Positions 1 through 13,269 are shown, counted from the stretch's first letter. The stretch: DNA of 64,000 nt from Octopus sinensis (GCF_006345805.1 NC_043000.1:31558001-31622000), one strand, 5' to 3'. The notes: generated by a model from the sequence alone, not told the origin. Numbers and translations are program-made.

Positions 1-2470
1 CTCTTCATCTCTCTGGCTAACTCCTCTTAATTTTTAATTTTCTCACTTTCTTTGATATCCATTCTGTTGTCATAAGACGTCGCACAGTATCCAATATCCT
101 GATATCGTTGATTGAAGATATTGCATCTGCCGGGGGTTTCTACTGTCACAACAAGGGCCTCAGACAGACAGTACTTTACACAATATGCATGCAGTTCCGA
201 GCAAAGCCGACTTTTGCAATACACCAAGATTGTAGGGTATTTCTAAAGTGTCCAGATGTTTCTTTAGGTTGGGTGGTATTGAACCCAATGCTCTGATGAC
301 AATAGGGATAATCTTTATGTTTGACGCTCGATTCTCAGGTCCCCATATCTACCAATATTTTCCCTTTCTATCATGATAATATTTCGATCTACTGGAACTA
401 CCACTTCCATTATTAGGCGCTCTTGTTTGTCCCTCCTAAACGTTACTATATTTGGCCTATATCTGCTTTAACATCTTGTCTCTGTGGAAGTCAAAGTCCC
501 AGAGGGTTTTTGCCTTCCCCTTATCGTCCATTACCTTTTCCGGTGTATGTTGGTACCAAGCATCCGTTACCTCGTACCCATACTTCCGGCAGACTAGCCA
601 GTGAAAATTTGGGGCTCCCTTATTGTGTTTGCGCTTGTACTCTTTCTGCACAAGACTTTCACAAACACTAACAATGTGAGACACGCTTTCGACCCTTTTC
701 CCATACATTCCGCAGAGATTCGTTGCACTTCTGTGGTTTATATCCCTTTTCACTGAGTGGGTATTCAATGCCTCGTCCTTTCTTTGGCTATTCGTGATCG
801 GAATTCATGAGCACTCCCAAGTCCATTTGGGGAAATTCCTTTTGCATTAGTAGCATATTGTAGCAGGTCTTCTTGCTGTTTACCAAATATTCTGCCATGT
901 TTCTTCTTTCACTGTTGATGCACTCCCGGACATTAATCAGCCCACGTCTACATTTACACCTCTTCATGCAAAGCCTGTGTACGTTCGAATTAGGGTACCA
1001 TGCATTGTCATTGTCTTTCATAGGGCGCGTTGACTTTGCGTAAGGCTACAGAAAGTGGGGTCAAGGCTATAACAAATAACAAAGGTGAGCACGAGTCTTC
1101 CTGGAAGATACCTCTATTATTTTTACCTCGGCTAAGTGCTGGTTGTTGCAGAAAAGACATGTTTTGCAACGAAGCATGCTGTTCTTAATCAGTGCACACA
1201 CGTTCTCAACTTTTCTACACATGTCGGGTGTTTCCAAAATCCGCGAAAGCGTCAACATGTCGTAAACATTTTTAAAGTTAATCCAGGCCGTGCCTAAGTT
1301 TTTTTGGTACAGTTTACAGTTCTTCAGTACAACCTTATCTATCACAAGGTGGTCCTTGGTGCCCTTGGATACTTTTCGGCATCCCATTTCTACTGGAAGT
1401 AGATTGTTTTCCGCAAGGAACGTATGAATTTTCCATGCGAAAAATGCCCGTTAACACTTTCTATAAGAGGTTAAGACAAGCGATGGGTTTGTAATTACCA
1501 AACTCATTGCCGTTTGACCGATCATTTATCAATAATGTTGTCTTTCTCTCTAAAATCCATTCTAGATCAGCCCCACTCAGTAGGCAATTGTTTTATTGCA
1601 ATGTAATTCGCTTGTGTGTGGAACTAAGCTACTTGGGTCAGTAGTCTTGAATCCGGTCTGGTCCTGCCGCTTTCCAGTTTGGTAGTTTTGATACCTGTGC
1701 AATTATACCATCCGTTGTTATGCGCACGTGGTCCTGTCGTGGAGCCTCGGAGTGATGGAGTTCGGATCTCACGGAATCTTTACGCAAGATCATAACGCAA
1801 AGTTTTTAATATCGGCTTCAACACTCGCTCCCACTATGGCTCCTCTCCGTCTGCTTTCCTCTCTTTCTTTCCAACCAGTTCACCTACTAAAATTGAAGCG
1901 GATCTGATCAAGTCCCTTGTTTCCGTTTGATCTTTTGTCGAATGTATTTCAGAATCTTATTAACATTTTGTATCGCGCGTTTCACATTGTTACGGTCGAA
2001 ACTTCTCAAATTCCCCGGCGGCTTGGTCTCTGTTTTTGTAACTATTATATCCTCGAGTCTTGTTCTGGGGTTTCTCTTTCCCTCAGTCATATTCTCTCGT
2101 AATACACGGTTTTCTACATTACACTGAGTGGCCGGCCTCTCCTCTACTACAACCCCACCTTGCCTACGCATTCACTGTTCTTCACCTACATTAACCTGCT
2201 CGAGGATATCGCCACCGTCGAAGCTTTTCCTGATTGTCTTAATCTGGGCCACATTAAGAAAGCTTCTATTCCGAATTATTCTCATCTGATGCATGAGCCC
2301 ATTTTCAAAAGAATCGACTGAGCCTCTCCCCGTAAAATTGCTGGCCTTGAGACAAAATTTGAAATATCTGTTATTATCGTTGTTGTTGTTGTTATTGTTG
2401 TTATTAGCTGTCGTAATCGTTGCTGCTGCAGAAAATGCAGGATTTGTTCCGAGTTTCAAGTTCAAATTGC
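1..2470 (-). mobile_element. Degenerate non-LTR retrotransposon with restriction-like endonuclease (R4/Dong-like)
   Basis: RT fragments [15 protein letters not shown]...AWINFKNVYDM (1067-1387). Zinc-knuckle region LCGMYGKRVESVSHIVSVCESLVQKEYKRKHN...LWDF (457-768). Confidence 0.85.
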
Positions 2471-3065
2471 TCAAACTCTCTCGTTTCATCAGAGTTTATT
2501 AAATGATTATTTACCAGTCACATAATTGAATTTAAGAATATTTATATTTCTATATACATCAAGGATTATCTAATTACAAGAATTATTTTTGAAGATTTCA
2601 CAAGGATTTGAAGAACGATTATTAAAAATAATATAGTTTTCACATGTTTGCCGCATTTTCTAATTATTCCTAATTATACACTGTGGAGATTGGCATATTG
2701 TGGTAACATTAAAGTTCGTATAATCTAATTAAACCTAATTAAATATTATTATGTTCACACACACACATACACGCATAAATATGTGTATATGTATGTGTGA
2801 GTAAATAATATGTGTGTGTGTGTTTGTGTGTGTGTACTTCATAGTAAACATTTCAATTTATCTAAAGTTGAGGAATATGACAGTGAGAGTGCTAAATAAA
2901 TAATTGAAAATGAATAGTCGGAGCTATGACAACAACGGGTATCTGAATGAAACAGAACGGAATGGAATGCTCTCGAACTTAATACACATACACTCAGCTG
3001 TTATCCATCTGGATGTGTTGGCAAAGTTCACATTCTATTAACTCGGTTTTCAGAGCTCAATATTT

Positions 3066-3282
3066 ATTTCTTTACTACCCACAAGGGGCTAGACATAGAG
3101 GGGACAAACAAAGAGATTAAGTCGATTATATCGACCCCAGTGCATAACTGGTACTTAATTTATCGACCCCGAAAGGATGAAAGGCAAAATCGACCTCGGC
3201 GGAATTTGAACCCAGAACACGTGACAGCAGACGAAATACGGCTACGCATTTCGCCCTGCGTGCTAACGATTCTGCCAGCTGC
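3066..3282 (-). mobile_element. Family A SINE
   Basis: Reverse complement of the 53766-54002 sequence. Confidence 0.85.
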
Positions 3283-3844
3283 CAGCTCAATATTGCTGCT
3301 CCTTCTGTACATCAATGATTTACGTAGCATCCCATCCATGATCATCCACTCTTCATTACTACTTAACCTTTAAAGGCAGCGAGCTGGCAAAATTGATATC
3401 ACGCCGGACAAAATGCTTAAGCCGCACTTTTTCTGACTTTACATTCTGAGTTCAAATTCGGAGTGGGACTGAACCTGGAACCATGTGGTTCGTAAGCAAG
3501 CTACTTACCACACAGCCACTCCTACGCCTTATTAAAAACCAAACAACAACAACTCAAAAGCATTTTTCGATTTTGTCCCTTTTAGCATAAAATAAAAATA
3601 CAAACACCTGTCAATCAAGAAACCATCATTGCCCCTTAATCATGAACAGCACTCAGCGGCAACCCTCATAATCAGTCCAAATGCGAGCTGTTCCTATCCT
3701 GGGTGGATGAAAGCAAGAATTGCATCCCAATGATTAGCCTTTCTTTTCAAGAGCACAACCTGCCTCATAACCCGACCATTATTGATAATCTACGAAGCTC
3801 AAGTAACGCTCACCATAAAATATGGTTTCCTCGTCTGAGACAAT

Positions 3845-4233
3845 GATACCGCTGCTGCTGCTTGCTTGTTTGTTGAGCGAAGAGGTCTTCGTCCCAAAGT
3901 GAGAGAAGTCCGAAACCTGGTCTTTTGCTATTCGTAAGACCCGCAGAAGAGAAAGTAGGTCAACCCTCGACACCGAAAGCATCGACGGGTGGATGAATGC
4001 GCATCCAGGCTCAGCGGTTGCGTAGGAAGTCGGGGACAAGAAACAGGAAGAAAGTATGAGAGAAAGTTGGAGCGAAAGAGTACAACAGGGGTCGCCACCA
4101 CCCCCTGCCGTAGCCTCGTGGAGCTTTAGGTGTTTTCGCTCAATAAACACACACAACGCCCGGTCTGGGAATGGAAACCGCGATCCTCCGACCGCGAGTC
4201 CGCTGCCCTAGCCATTGGGCCATTGCGCCTCCA
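3845..4233 (-). mobile_element. tRNA-Arg-like SINE family B (resembles Octopus OR SINEs)
   Basis: Head GGAGGCGCAATGGCCCAATGGCTAGGGCAGCGGACTCGCGGTCGGAGGATCGCGGTTTCCATTCCC with TCG anticodon-like loop and (AGC)n tail. Confidence 0.85.
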
Positions 4234-6137
4234 CTGCTGCTGCTGCTACTCACTGGGAAGCCATAGACGATATCCAGAAAAAGAAGTCCTGATCAGAATA
4301 AAGTCACTCACAAACACACTATATTCTCTACACCACAAACCTACTGTTTTCTTTCCACCTCTAGCTGGGCTCGTGTCGCCTCTACTCAGGCAATGTTGTC
4401 CTACTCATCTCTTTTCTGCATCCACCTCCCCCTTTTTTTCATTCATCCCCACCAGGCCCCACGCTAATCATCTCCAATCCACCTCCACAAGAAAAAAAAA
4501 TGGCAGTATTGCTATCCCATTTCTTGTTTATGTCTGTCACAGCTTTTAAATTTCAAAGGTGCGAATGGAACGTTAATTGCAATAATGCCATCGATGAAGG
4601 GAAGCTTAGGAAAGCCATAGCCACCATTACTTCCACCACATTCAGCAAGTAAACAGACAGACACACACACACACACAAAGACAGACAGTCAGAGAGACAG
4701 ACAGAGCAATCTAAAGAAAAACAATAGGAAGACGAGATACGTTCCTGATCCAAAAGATTTGTCTTTCGCTGAGAGAGATGGAAAGAGTTAATGAAGTTCC
4801 GGATGTTATCTTTCTTTGGAAGATGGGTATTGAGGGGAGGATAGAAGAGGAAAACCAATGTATGAATGTACGTGTGTGTGTGTGTGTGTGTGTGTGCATA
4901 CAAAAATATACATACGATACACATATACATATCTATGTGTATATATATTTATCTATCGATACATACATACATACATACAAGCTCATAATTATGGATAGTG
5001 TTTTAGAATGCTGTTGGCTTCAGAAGCTTTAAATAACAATTTCAACCCATCTTCACAAACTAACAAAGCGCTTAATATTCCTGCAGTACTCCTGCTCCTT
5101 ACACTGATAAACTGTGCCTATCTATTCACATAGAGAAAAATTACCTGAGCTGAAAGAGATGATATGCATGATGTTGAAAATGTGAATCTTAGATCGATAA
5201 TTGGCAAGAATTGGTGCTCTTGGGAAAAGAACTCTATATACACACCGTACACATTATATACACTTCACGGACTGTACTACGTCTCCCAAGGTTAAATTAG
5301 CTTCAAGTAAAGGCGAAAAAATTGATAGGTTTTATGTGGTTATTAAGTGCATTGTGGTGCGTCGTTTTAGAATAAGGTGGCATTTAGTGTGAAAATCTTG
5401 AATGTTTTTGGTTTGAGACCAAGTCACTTTCCCACATGGTTTGCATATGTGATGGCAAGACAGGTGGCACAGAGATGACTAATTTGTGAAGTTTTGTGGA
5501 GGCTTTGCAGCATAGAGAAGTAAAATAGACAGTGTATAACTATATTGAGGCTCTCTCTTTACGGGCCTAATTACACAGCCATTATAATAGGAGTCCACGC
5601 AGCTGGTAGAGATTGTTTTAGTAAAGGGGCCAAAAAGAATGATAAAGTTTGGAGGTCAGGAGAGCTGTCAGGGACATTTCTACATGAAAGTGTTTTTGCT
5701 TTTCAGCTGTTCTTGCAGGTGTTGTAGTAGGAGACACTCGTCACCCAGATGTTAGAGGTGGGGATTTTTTATGCTAAATTTGTAGTCTATCCTTGTCTAT
5801 CCTAGTGCTACAATACAAAGATACGTGTCCTTCCCAAAGGGCTTAAGTTATTGGCTTTGGTTTTGTGAGAGATGCAAAGAGACATTATTCGAACTGGTTT
5901 ACAAATGATACAGGTGAGGGTAGGGCTAAAGCACACGCCCAATTTAATTACAGTAAAACTGGTAGAACTCCACTTACGAGTATTCAGTAGAGATCGTGAG
6001 TCGAAGGGTCCTGTAAGATATATGGATATGCATTGAGCAGCCATATCTGGACAGTGGCCCATAAATCCACTAGGTATACATCCACAAAGCTAGAACTTTC
6101 TGAATCGATTCTTTGTAAGTCTGACATTTAGACTGAA

Positions 6138-6184
<47 letters not shown>

Positions 6185-6347
6185 ATAAAAATGATAAGAC
6201 AACAAAAGAAAGAAAGAGACCTCGATATTGTGTAAATAGAGGAATTTATCTGTAAATGTAATATGTGACAATTATTCGGTAGCCATGATAAAACTCCGAG
6301 GTTCGGATGCCGAGGTGGAAATCCACGCTGCCATCTCTTCAGTTATC

Positions 6348-6460
6348 CGGCCATATCACGTTGAAAAGACCGGTTCTCGTCCGATCACCGAAGTTAAGCA
6401 ACGTCGAGCCTAGTTAGTACTTAGATGGGTGACCTCTTGGGAAACCTAGGTGCTGTAAGC
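6348..6460 (+). rRNA. 5S rRNA: 5S rRNA copy lacking the first ~5 nt, probably retroposed or captured
   Basis: CGGCCATATCACGTTGAAA...CGATCACCGAAGTTAAGCAACGTCGAG...GATGGGTGACC...GGTGCTGTAAGC matches metazoan 5S. Box A and box C regions present, CCTAG/CTAGG helix retained, T9 run at 6472-6480. Confidence 0.9.
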
Positions 6461-6489
6461 GTCATACATTGTTTTTTTTTCCGATGGCC

Positions 6490-6551
6490 GAATAACTAAA
6501 GAGATGGAGGCGTGGATTTCCACTTCGGCATCCGAAACTCGGAGTTTTATC
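6490..6551 (+). ncRNA. Type I hammerhead ribozyme motif (right arm, G5A variant); mirrored copy on the minus strand at 6287-6348
   Basis: Arm consensus GATAA-CTGAAGA-GATG..CATC-C-GAAA-CT(CGG)AG-TT^TTATC has stems I, II and III. Right arm core reads CTAAAGA; left arm has GAAC instead of GAAA. Confidence 0.7.
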
Positions 6552-6870
6552 ACGGCTACCGAATAATTGTCACATATTACATTTACAGATAAATTCCTCT
6601 ATTTACATAAAATCGAGGTCTCTTATTTTCTTTTGTTGTCTTACCATTTTTATCAATAATATATATATATATATATATAAAGGAGGTAGTCAGAATTTTG
6701 GGTAATTACATATTTTGCGCTTTCATCTCATTTCGGAGATGAAAGCGTTGAATAAATAATTATCCAAAATTCCGACTACCTCCTTTTTTCTGAATGTTTG
6801 AACTAAATTTGTACATCATTTCAGTATGTGTGTGTGTGTGTGTGTGTGTGTGTACGTGCGTGCGTTTGTA

Positions 6871-6903
<33 letters not shown>

Positions 6904-7729
6904 ACGTGTCTGTGTTAATATCAAGCTTGCTTTATTACTGTTTTGCTGCATTATTATGTATATCTGTTTGCATAATACATATTAGGTTGTGTGTGTGTGT
7001 GTGTGTGTGCGTGTCTGGGAATACATTGGCATAATCGCAATACTAGGAGGATGGGAATCAATTACATTCGACGAAAATACCATTTACAGATTAAAAACCG
7101 AAAGAAAAACAAGTACGGAGGGATTTCTAATCAATCGAGGATCAACTGATTCTTTTCCTAATCAGGATTAATGTCACTGTCTCTCCCCCTCTCTCTCTCT
7201 CTCTATCTCTCAGTCTCTCTATCAATCAATATATTTGTCTTTTTATCTATGTGTCTGCCGATCTATCTGTCAATTATTCTATTTATCAATCTTCCTATCA
7301 ATATATTTTTGTGCAAGACAACCCTACCTACCAAAGCAGTTACTTAGCGCCAAAAAAAAATCCCTTTTATAATGTGTTATTTAAAGGTCAAGTTATATTT
7401 TTAAAACGAAGAAACATTTTTTTCCTGCTTTTTAAGTGATTAAATTACTAAGAATGACAGACTGACACAGGTTTAACACAACGTCAACCAAAACAACATT
7501 GATATTCAACAGCAACATCAGTAACAAGGGAGTAAACAGACGTGGTAATGGCTGTGTGGTGGCTAAGAAGTCTGCTGCGCAAACACGAGATTTTGAGATC
7601 GATGCTACTGCCTGAGATTCTGAGCAAGAATTCTATGGTCTTAGATCGACCAAAAGCTTGTCAGGGAAATCTGGTTGAGGGAAACTGCTTGGATTCTTGT
7701 CGAAGGTTTCCATTGGTGTCTTTTGAATG

Positions 7730-7890
7730 ATGTACACAATCCATCGCCTGTTTCACACCACATTATGGTCCTTGGGTATCTTTCACCGAACCTGCACTGT
7801 TGCAAACATTTGGTGCAAGATTTTCAACACTGGCATAACAAGGGTTCTCACCACACGCGGAGAGTGACTGTTTTTTCTGCCTCAATTTAA
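7730..7890 (-). mobile_element. Possible mariner transposase remnant
   Basis: Frameshifted MPVLKILHQ..VR.KDTQGP resembles mariner P.KP.LH.KK.ML.VWWD..G. Confidence 0.3.
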
Positions 7891-8140
7891 TTAACGTACA
7901 TGATAAACAAAATGAAATTTTGCACCTGGAGATGGGTGGCCCCTCTCTTTCTTTTGCTATGGATGAGGAACCTGAAATGAGTTATGCACGTGGTCTTGGT
8001 TGCCATGTAAACCAGTGAAAAAATTGAGAAAAGGTATGTTAAACAATGTTAGGTGGAACATACGGACATATCAAAAAGGGTTAGTAAAAGAATATTAAAA
8101 AGAAGCGGAAAAGAAAAGGGGTAGAAATCGAAGGGTATGT

Positions 8141-8224
8141 GAGAAGAAGAAGAAGAAGAAGAAGAAGAAGAAGAAGAAGAAGAAGAAGAAGAAGAAGAAG
8201 AAGAAGAAGAAGAAGAAGAAGAAG
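8141..8224 (+). repeat. (GAA)n microsatellite
   Basis: Perfect trinucleotide run. Confidence 0.95.
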
Positions 8225-9171
8225 GCGACGACGACATGTACAAAAAGAAAATTTACATCTACGACAGCCACCTGAATATTAACAGAAAGACAAGAAAACT
8301 ATAGTTACAATAATATTAAAAATATATAACCAGCAATAAATAAATAAAATAAACATGTTCAACACCCCTACCGTCGCCATTATTACTGAAGACACCAACG
8401 AGAAGTTTAATGGATAATGACAGCAACAAGAACAATAACAACAATGAAAACAGCTACTACAAAAACACTAATAAAAGCAGCACCACTAACAAGAACAATG
8501 ACAAGCAGAAACGACTTGCTTGCTCACCGTAACTTGTTTAGTAACAAAATGGCGGCTATGAGTTGGTGTTGATTTCGATGCATGTGTAAAGATGAAGTTT
8601 CTAGGATCTACGTTTATGTTAGTAAACATTGCATTTGAAAATTGAATTAATGAGCGTTAATTACTTGTGTTAATCAATGCAATCTCGATTTAATGTGTTC
8701 CGTATTGCCATTAATGGAATATTTCACAGCAGTGAAATCCCAATTATTGAGTAAAGATTATTTTTAAAAGGTACATTTATCAATATCAATTTTTATCTGA
8801 TACATGCGCACTCACACACACACAAATACACACACGCACACGCAATCAAACTTATATGAATATATACACATATAAAAAATATATTTACACACACACACAC
8901 ACACACATATATATACAAACGTATATATATGTGTGTGTGTGTGTACTCACATAACTAAACTCATATGTGTGTGTGTCTATGTGTGTATGCAAATTTCCAT
9001 AGAAATTTATAGAAATTTATAAATATATACTTATATATGTATATTCTTATATACATATAAAATATATAGATACATACATACATGCATACATTTATACATA
9101 TATACATACATATATATTGATATGTACATATACATACTTACATACACACACACACGTATATATATATAATA

Positions 9172-9254
<83 letters not shown>

Positions 9255-9744
9255 TATATATAAATATGTACATACACACTAATACAGAGATAGAGAGAGA
9301 TGGAGAGAGGCAAAACTTAGAAAAATAATAATATTGGCATCAACATTAATTCTGATATATCATTATATTTAATATATGTTTCGTTGTTGTTGTTTGTGTT
9401 TTTTTTTTTGTCTTATTTTTAACATTTTATTAAATTTCAACATATTTATATTTATTATTTAGTCACATCAATATCAATGTTTTGCTATAACAGATCTTTT
9501 TTAATCCGTATTGATTTCCTATAAATATAGTGCCAGAGAAGAAATATACCAGAGTGATGCTTATGCATTCCGAAGTGTATTAGCTGTGGAACTAGAAGGA
9601 AATTGTCTTCAATCGAGTTAAAGCGAACGTAACCCTTTAATCCTCGGAATTTTTTCCTCCCCTAATATCCGCATCTCGTATCATTTGTATTTTGGGTGAA
9701 CGCAGTTACTTTTTATGCAGATGGTGACTTTTCTCCATTGAACA

Positions 9745-10375
9745 GAGTCAAGCACGCGGAATTCTGTTCTTGATTCGACGGTCATTCGGAATGCTCACAG
9801 CAGCCATATTCCTACCACTCTATGTCACGCTGGTGAGACCCATATTGGAGTACGGGATTCAAGCCTCTTCTCCTTATCTCCTCAAAGACATACAGCATCT
9901 CGAAAGAGTCCAGAAGCTGGCTACCCGCATGGTTCATGGTCTCAAAAATTTGTCCTACGAAGAAAGGCTGAGGACGCTCGACCTTTATTCTCTTGAAAAA
10001 CGCCGCCGCCGTGGTGATCTCATTCTCGCCCACAACATCATAAGCGGAAAGTGTTCTTCACTCCTGCTCCAGAGCTGTTCTTCACTCCTGCTCCAGAGCG
10101 TCGGCTGCGGGGTCATTCCGAAAAGCTCTACCTGCGACGATTTCATTTCAATCGAAGGAGAGGAGCTTTCTCCGTCCGGGTTGCGGATCCGTGGAACAAG
10201 CTGCCAGACGAGATGGTGAAGATGCCGACGACCGCTTTGTTCAAAGCCTCCCTTGACCTCAAGTGGCCTGAACTCTTTACATGAACACCACCCTGTACTT
10301 AACTCCATGTCCCCCTACATGGCCTTGCTATTTTCTTTTGAGCCAAATTAACTAACTAACTAACTAACTAACTAA
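9745..10375 (+). mobile_element. 5'-truncated CR1/L2-type LINE 3' end with (AACT)n tail
   Basis: LYVTLVRPILEYG...HLERVQKLATRMVHGLKNLSYEERLRTLDLYSLEKRRRRGDLI, then RRGAFSVRVADPWNKLP. Tail at ~10349-10374. Confidence 0.9.
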
Positions 10376-10976
10376 ATATTTTACTGGAACTAGTTTCCTT
10401 TTTATATTTCCTTGGTCTCATTACATTTCGATTATTAACGACTTCACTCCTTGTTTTTCATGCAGAAAGCATACCTAGGTACTTTAGTCTCAGGCATTAT
10501 CTTATGTTATCACATTATTTATTGTACATTAATTCACTCCAAATATCTCGCTTTCTCCTCTCTTCCCCCCTCTCTCTCTTTGTGTGTATTTATGTACATA
10601 TTTATGTAAGGGCGTATCTATCACAACATGATGGAAAGACAATGCCACATTTTATCTACTGCATCATGCAACTCCAACAATCGATTCTATTAAGTAAGCA
10701 TGTTTTAGACATTTGCCTCGATACATACATGTGTGAGTGCGTCTGGTGTGTGTGTGTGTGTGTTGTTTTAATGTTCACTTTTCTATTCTTTGCGTAGGTC
10801 AGATGGAATTGGTAAAGGCAGAGTTTTTGAGCCAGATGGCCTTCTTGTCGCCAATTTTCACTTGTTTCAAAGCAGAGTAACATTTCGCAACGGTCCGTTG
10901 TCGTGTGATGTCAAAACACAAGAAGACACATACACGGACGGACACACACACACACACACACTCCTACACACAAATA

Positions 10977-11009
<33 letters not shown>

Positions 11010-11013
<4 letters not shown>

Positions 11014-11170
11014 AAAGTTTACGAAAAAAACCAAAGACGAAGACAGGTGGTGTACAAAACAAACAGATGTATTAGTATAACGCTCAGGAATAGAAAAAAT
11101 ATTTTACGTTTCGAGCCTATGCTCTTCTACAGAAAGGGACACAGAAAAAAACAAGGAAAGAAAAAAATGT
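11010..11170 (-). mobile_element. Truncated pLTR of the same PLE family, with hammerhead at 11102-11136
   Basis: Matches 34930-35050. HHR reads TTT-CTGTAGA-A-GAGC-atag-GCTC-GAAACGTA^AAA. Abuts (TA)n. Confidence 0.75.
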
Positions 11171-11607
11171 GTGTAGTGGCTACACAACAGGTTTCTTTCA
11201 GTTTCCGTCTACCAAATCCATCCACAGGATTTGTTCAGCTTGAAACTATAGCGGAAGAAACTTGGCCAAAGTAACACACAACAGAACTGAACCCAAAAGC
11301 ATTTGGTTAGGAAACAAACATTTTAACCACACATCACACCTGTGCAAAAGTTTAAGCGTCAGTCACGAAGCTGAAGTGGTGCCTTACACCCTACACTCAC
11401 TATTTTTGGTCCATTTTGTTGCAAGCAGATCCAAACAATCACCCGAATCTCCCAACTTTGTCCTAGTGAAACATCCTGAGTGTGATATCTGAAGGGAGAG
11501 CTGCCCCAAAAGTCCACTGCAGTAAAGTGCTTTGCTCAGTGATACAACGAACTGCTTAATCCAGGATTTGAATCCATGAGCATATAATCAAAAGTCTACC
11601 ACCGTAA

Positions 11608-11657
<50 letters not shown>

Positions 11658-11952
11658 TATTTGAGGGAATATAAATCCAAACTTACAGGGAAAAATAAAT
11701 TCAATTTAAAAATACTAAATCAAATTTCACACAATATAATATAATATATATATATATAAAAATTATACGTTTTTATTATTTTTTTTTTTGCAATTTACTT
11801 AATCATTGATATTTTATTGTTATTTTAATTTTAATACTTCTATTATATGTAATTTTCTAGATTGTGTAATTTAATTGTCATTTTGAATTGATAAAAGGTG
11901 GGTTTTTTCTTTCTATCAGTTTGGATTTATTCCCTAATATTGATTATTATAT

Positions 11953-11998
<46 letters not shown>

Positions 11999-12223
11999 CT
12001 AAACAAGAAAGATTAATTGTATGTCCACTTTATATGCAAGCTGAATATTCTATACTATTGACTGGAGAAGAAAAGTGGGTTGACTTCGTTTAGGAGTGGT
12101 CAACAGTCCGTCAGAAGACTCGCCGCCATCTATTGTTACTGCACATCAAAAACAGCCAAATCAGGGGTCTAAAAATTTTTCTCACAACCAAGCTTTTTAA
12201 TACTCAGATAAATAAATAGGTTG

Positions 12224-12254
<31 letters not shown>

Positions 12255-12278
12255 TGTATGTATGTATGTATGTATGTG

Positions 12279-12822
12279 AAAGTCAGGTCACTTTTGAGTG
12301 CTACTGGTACCATGTAACCCAGTACAACCTATTGCATGGTCGGGTCGTCGGCGACTAAGCCGGCAATACCACCAAGCTTGCTTGGTGAGGAGGGTGTTTA
12401 TTGGACATCCTCAGGGATGAAAAACAAAACCCGTCAAAGGGCGGAGGAACTCTTGAGAGTCAACGGCCATCCAGTAAATGTCTTAAGGCTGTATCATGCG
12501 CGGGGACATAGAAATAATCGGACTGAATACCCGATCGCGCGGTTAAACCATTGGTAGTGAAGGACTCCTAGCCTTTGTTAGGGCATCCTTCTAGGAGAAG
12601 GTAACTCAGGTAACTGGGATAACTCCGACATAAAAGCTGCGGCTCGGTGGTTACCGATGATGTTGACTTGTTCTTCTTTTCGGATTATGGCTGCTGTTGC
12701 TTAGTGAGTGGGATTGACTCAGTGCACAGCCTTTCCTCACTTTAAAAAAAAATCTTCTTGCACAGACATTGGTTAAGCTTCGTGCAATGGCCATACTCGA
12801 TAACGAGGGGGCAGCCACGATG
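12279..12822 (+). mobile_element. Non-autonomous retroelement, probably RTE-UTR derived, between (TATG)n tracts
   Basis: Near-identical to 51864-52323. Contains CTAGGAGAAGGTAACTC, recalled as RTE 5'UTR-like. Ends in a (GTAT)n tail. Confidence 0.55.
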
Positions 12823-13269
12823 TATGTATGTAGGTAGGTAGGTAGAAACTTTTAACAACAGTTTGACTCATATCCACATGCTTTAAAGTTTCGTGGCTAT
12901 GTAGGGCCTGTCCATCTGATCAGAGGCTCGAAAGTAGAGTTTTGTTAAGAATATATATAATTTCTACCCAATTGTGTTGAGTGCTTTTTTCTGTCTGTTG
13001 TTCAGTCACTCTTATGTGTTTTCTTATGCTGCGAAATAGCGTCCTGGGAAAGAAGGCAGGGTGTCCCAGATCCAGCAAGACAAAGTGATCGAGAATGGTA
13101 GATACAGATATTTCGCCATTATTGTGGCATCTCAATACCATGTACCCGGATCGCCACGTACTCGGGTCTCCACAAAACGAGATGATTCACTAGTCTGGAA
13201 CTTATATGCAAATAGTGTGAAGTCTATTTGCTGATGTGCTGCGGCGGAGCACATGCCAAAGAAAATTAA

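Larger units (their letters stand above)
6178..6660. repeat. 177-bp inverted repeat pair (6178-6354 / 6484-6660) flanking the 5S copy, embedded in (TA)n
   Basis: Arms are reverse complements with about 12 mismatches counted by eye. (TA)n lies on both outer sides. Confidence 0.95.

Noticed and set aside
3779-4156. Recurrent ORF MCVFIERKHLKLH... (also at 14309, 60774, 61760, 62671)
   Set aside because: It is the reading frame of family B SINE copies. Stops and frames differ between copies, so there is no evidence of coding selection.
4160-4233. tRNA-like heads of SINEs as genuine tRNA genes
   Set aside because: Acceptor stems are not formed, and each continues into a repeated SINE body.
12336-12557. 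ORF shared with 51711-52049 (…RQRAEELLRVNGHPVNVLRLYHARGHRNNRTEY…)
   Set aside because: It is explained by high DNA identity of two repeat copies, with no recognisable domain.
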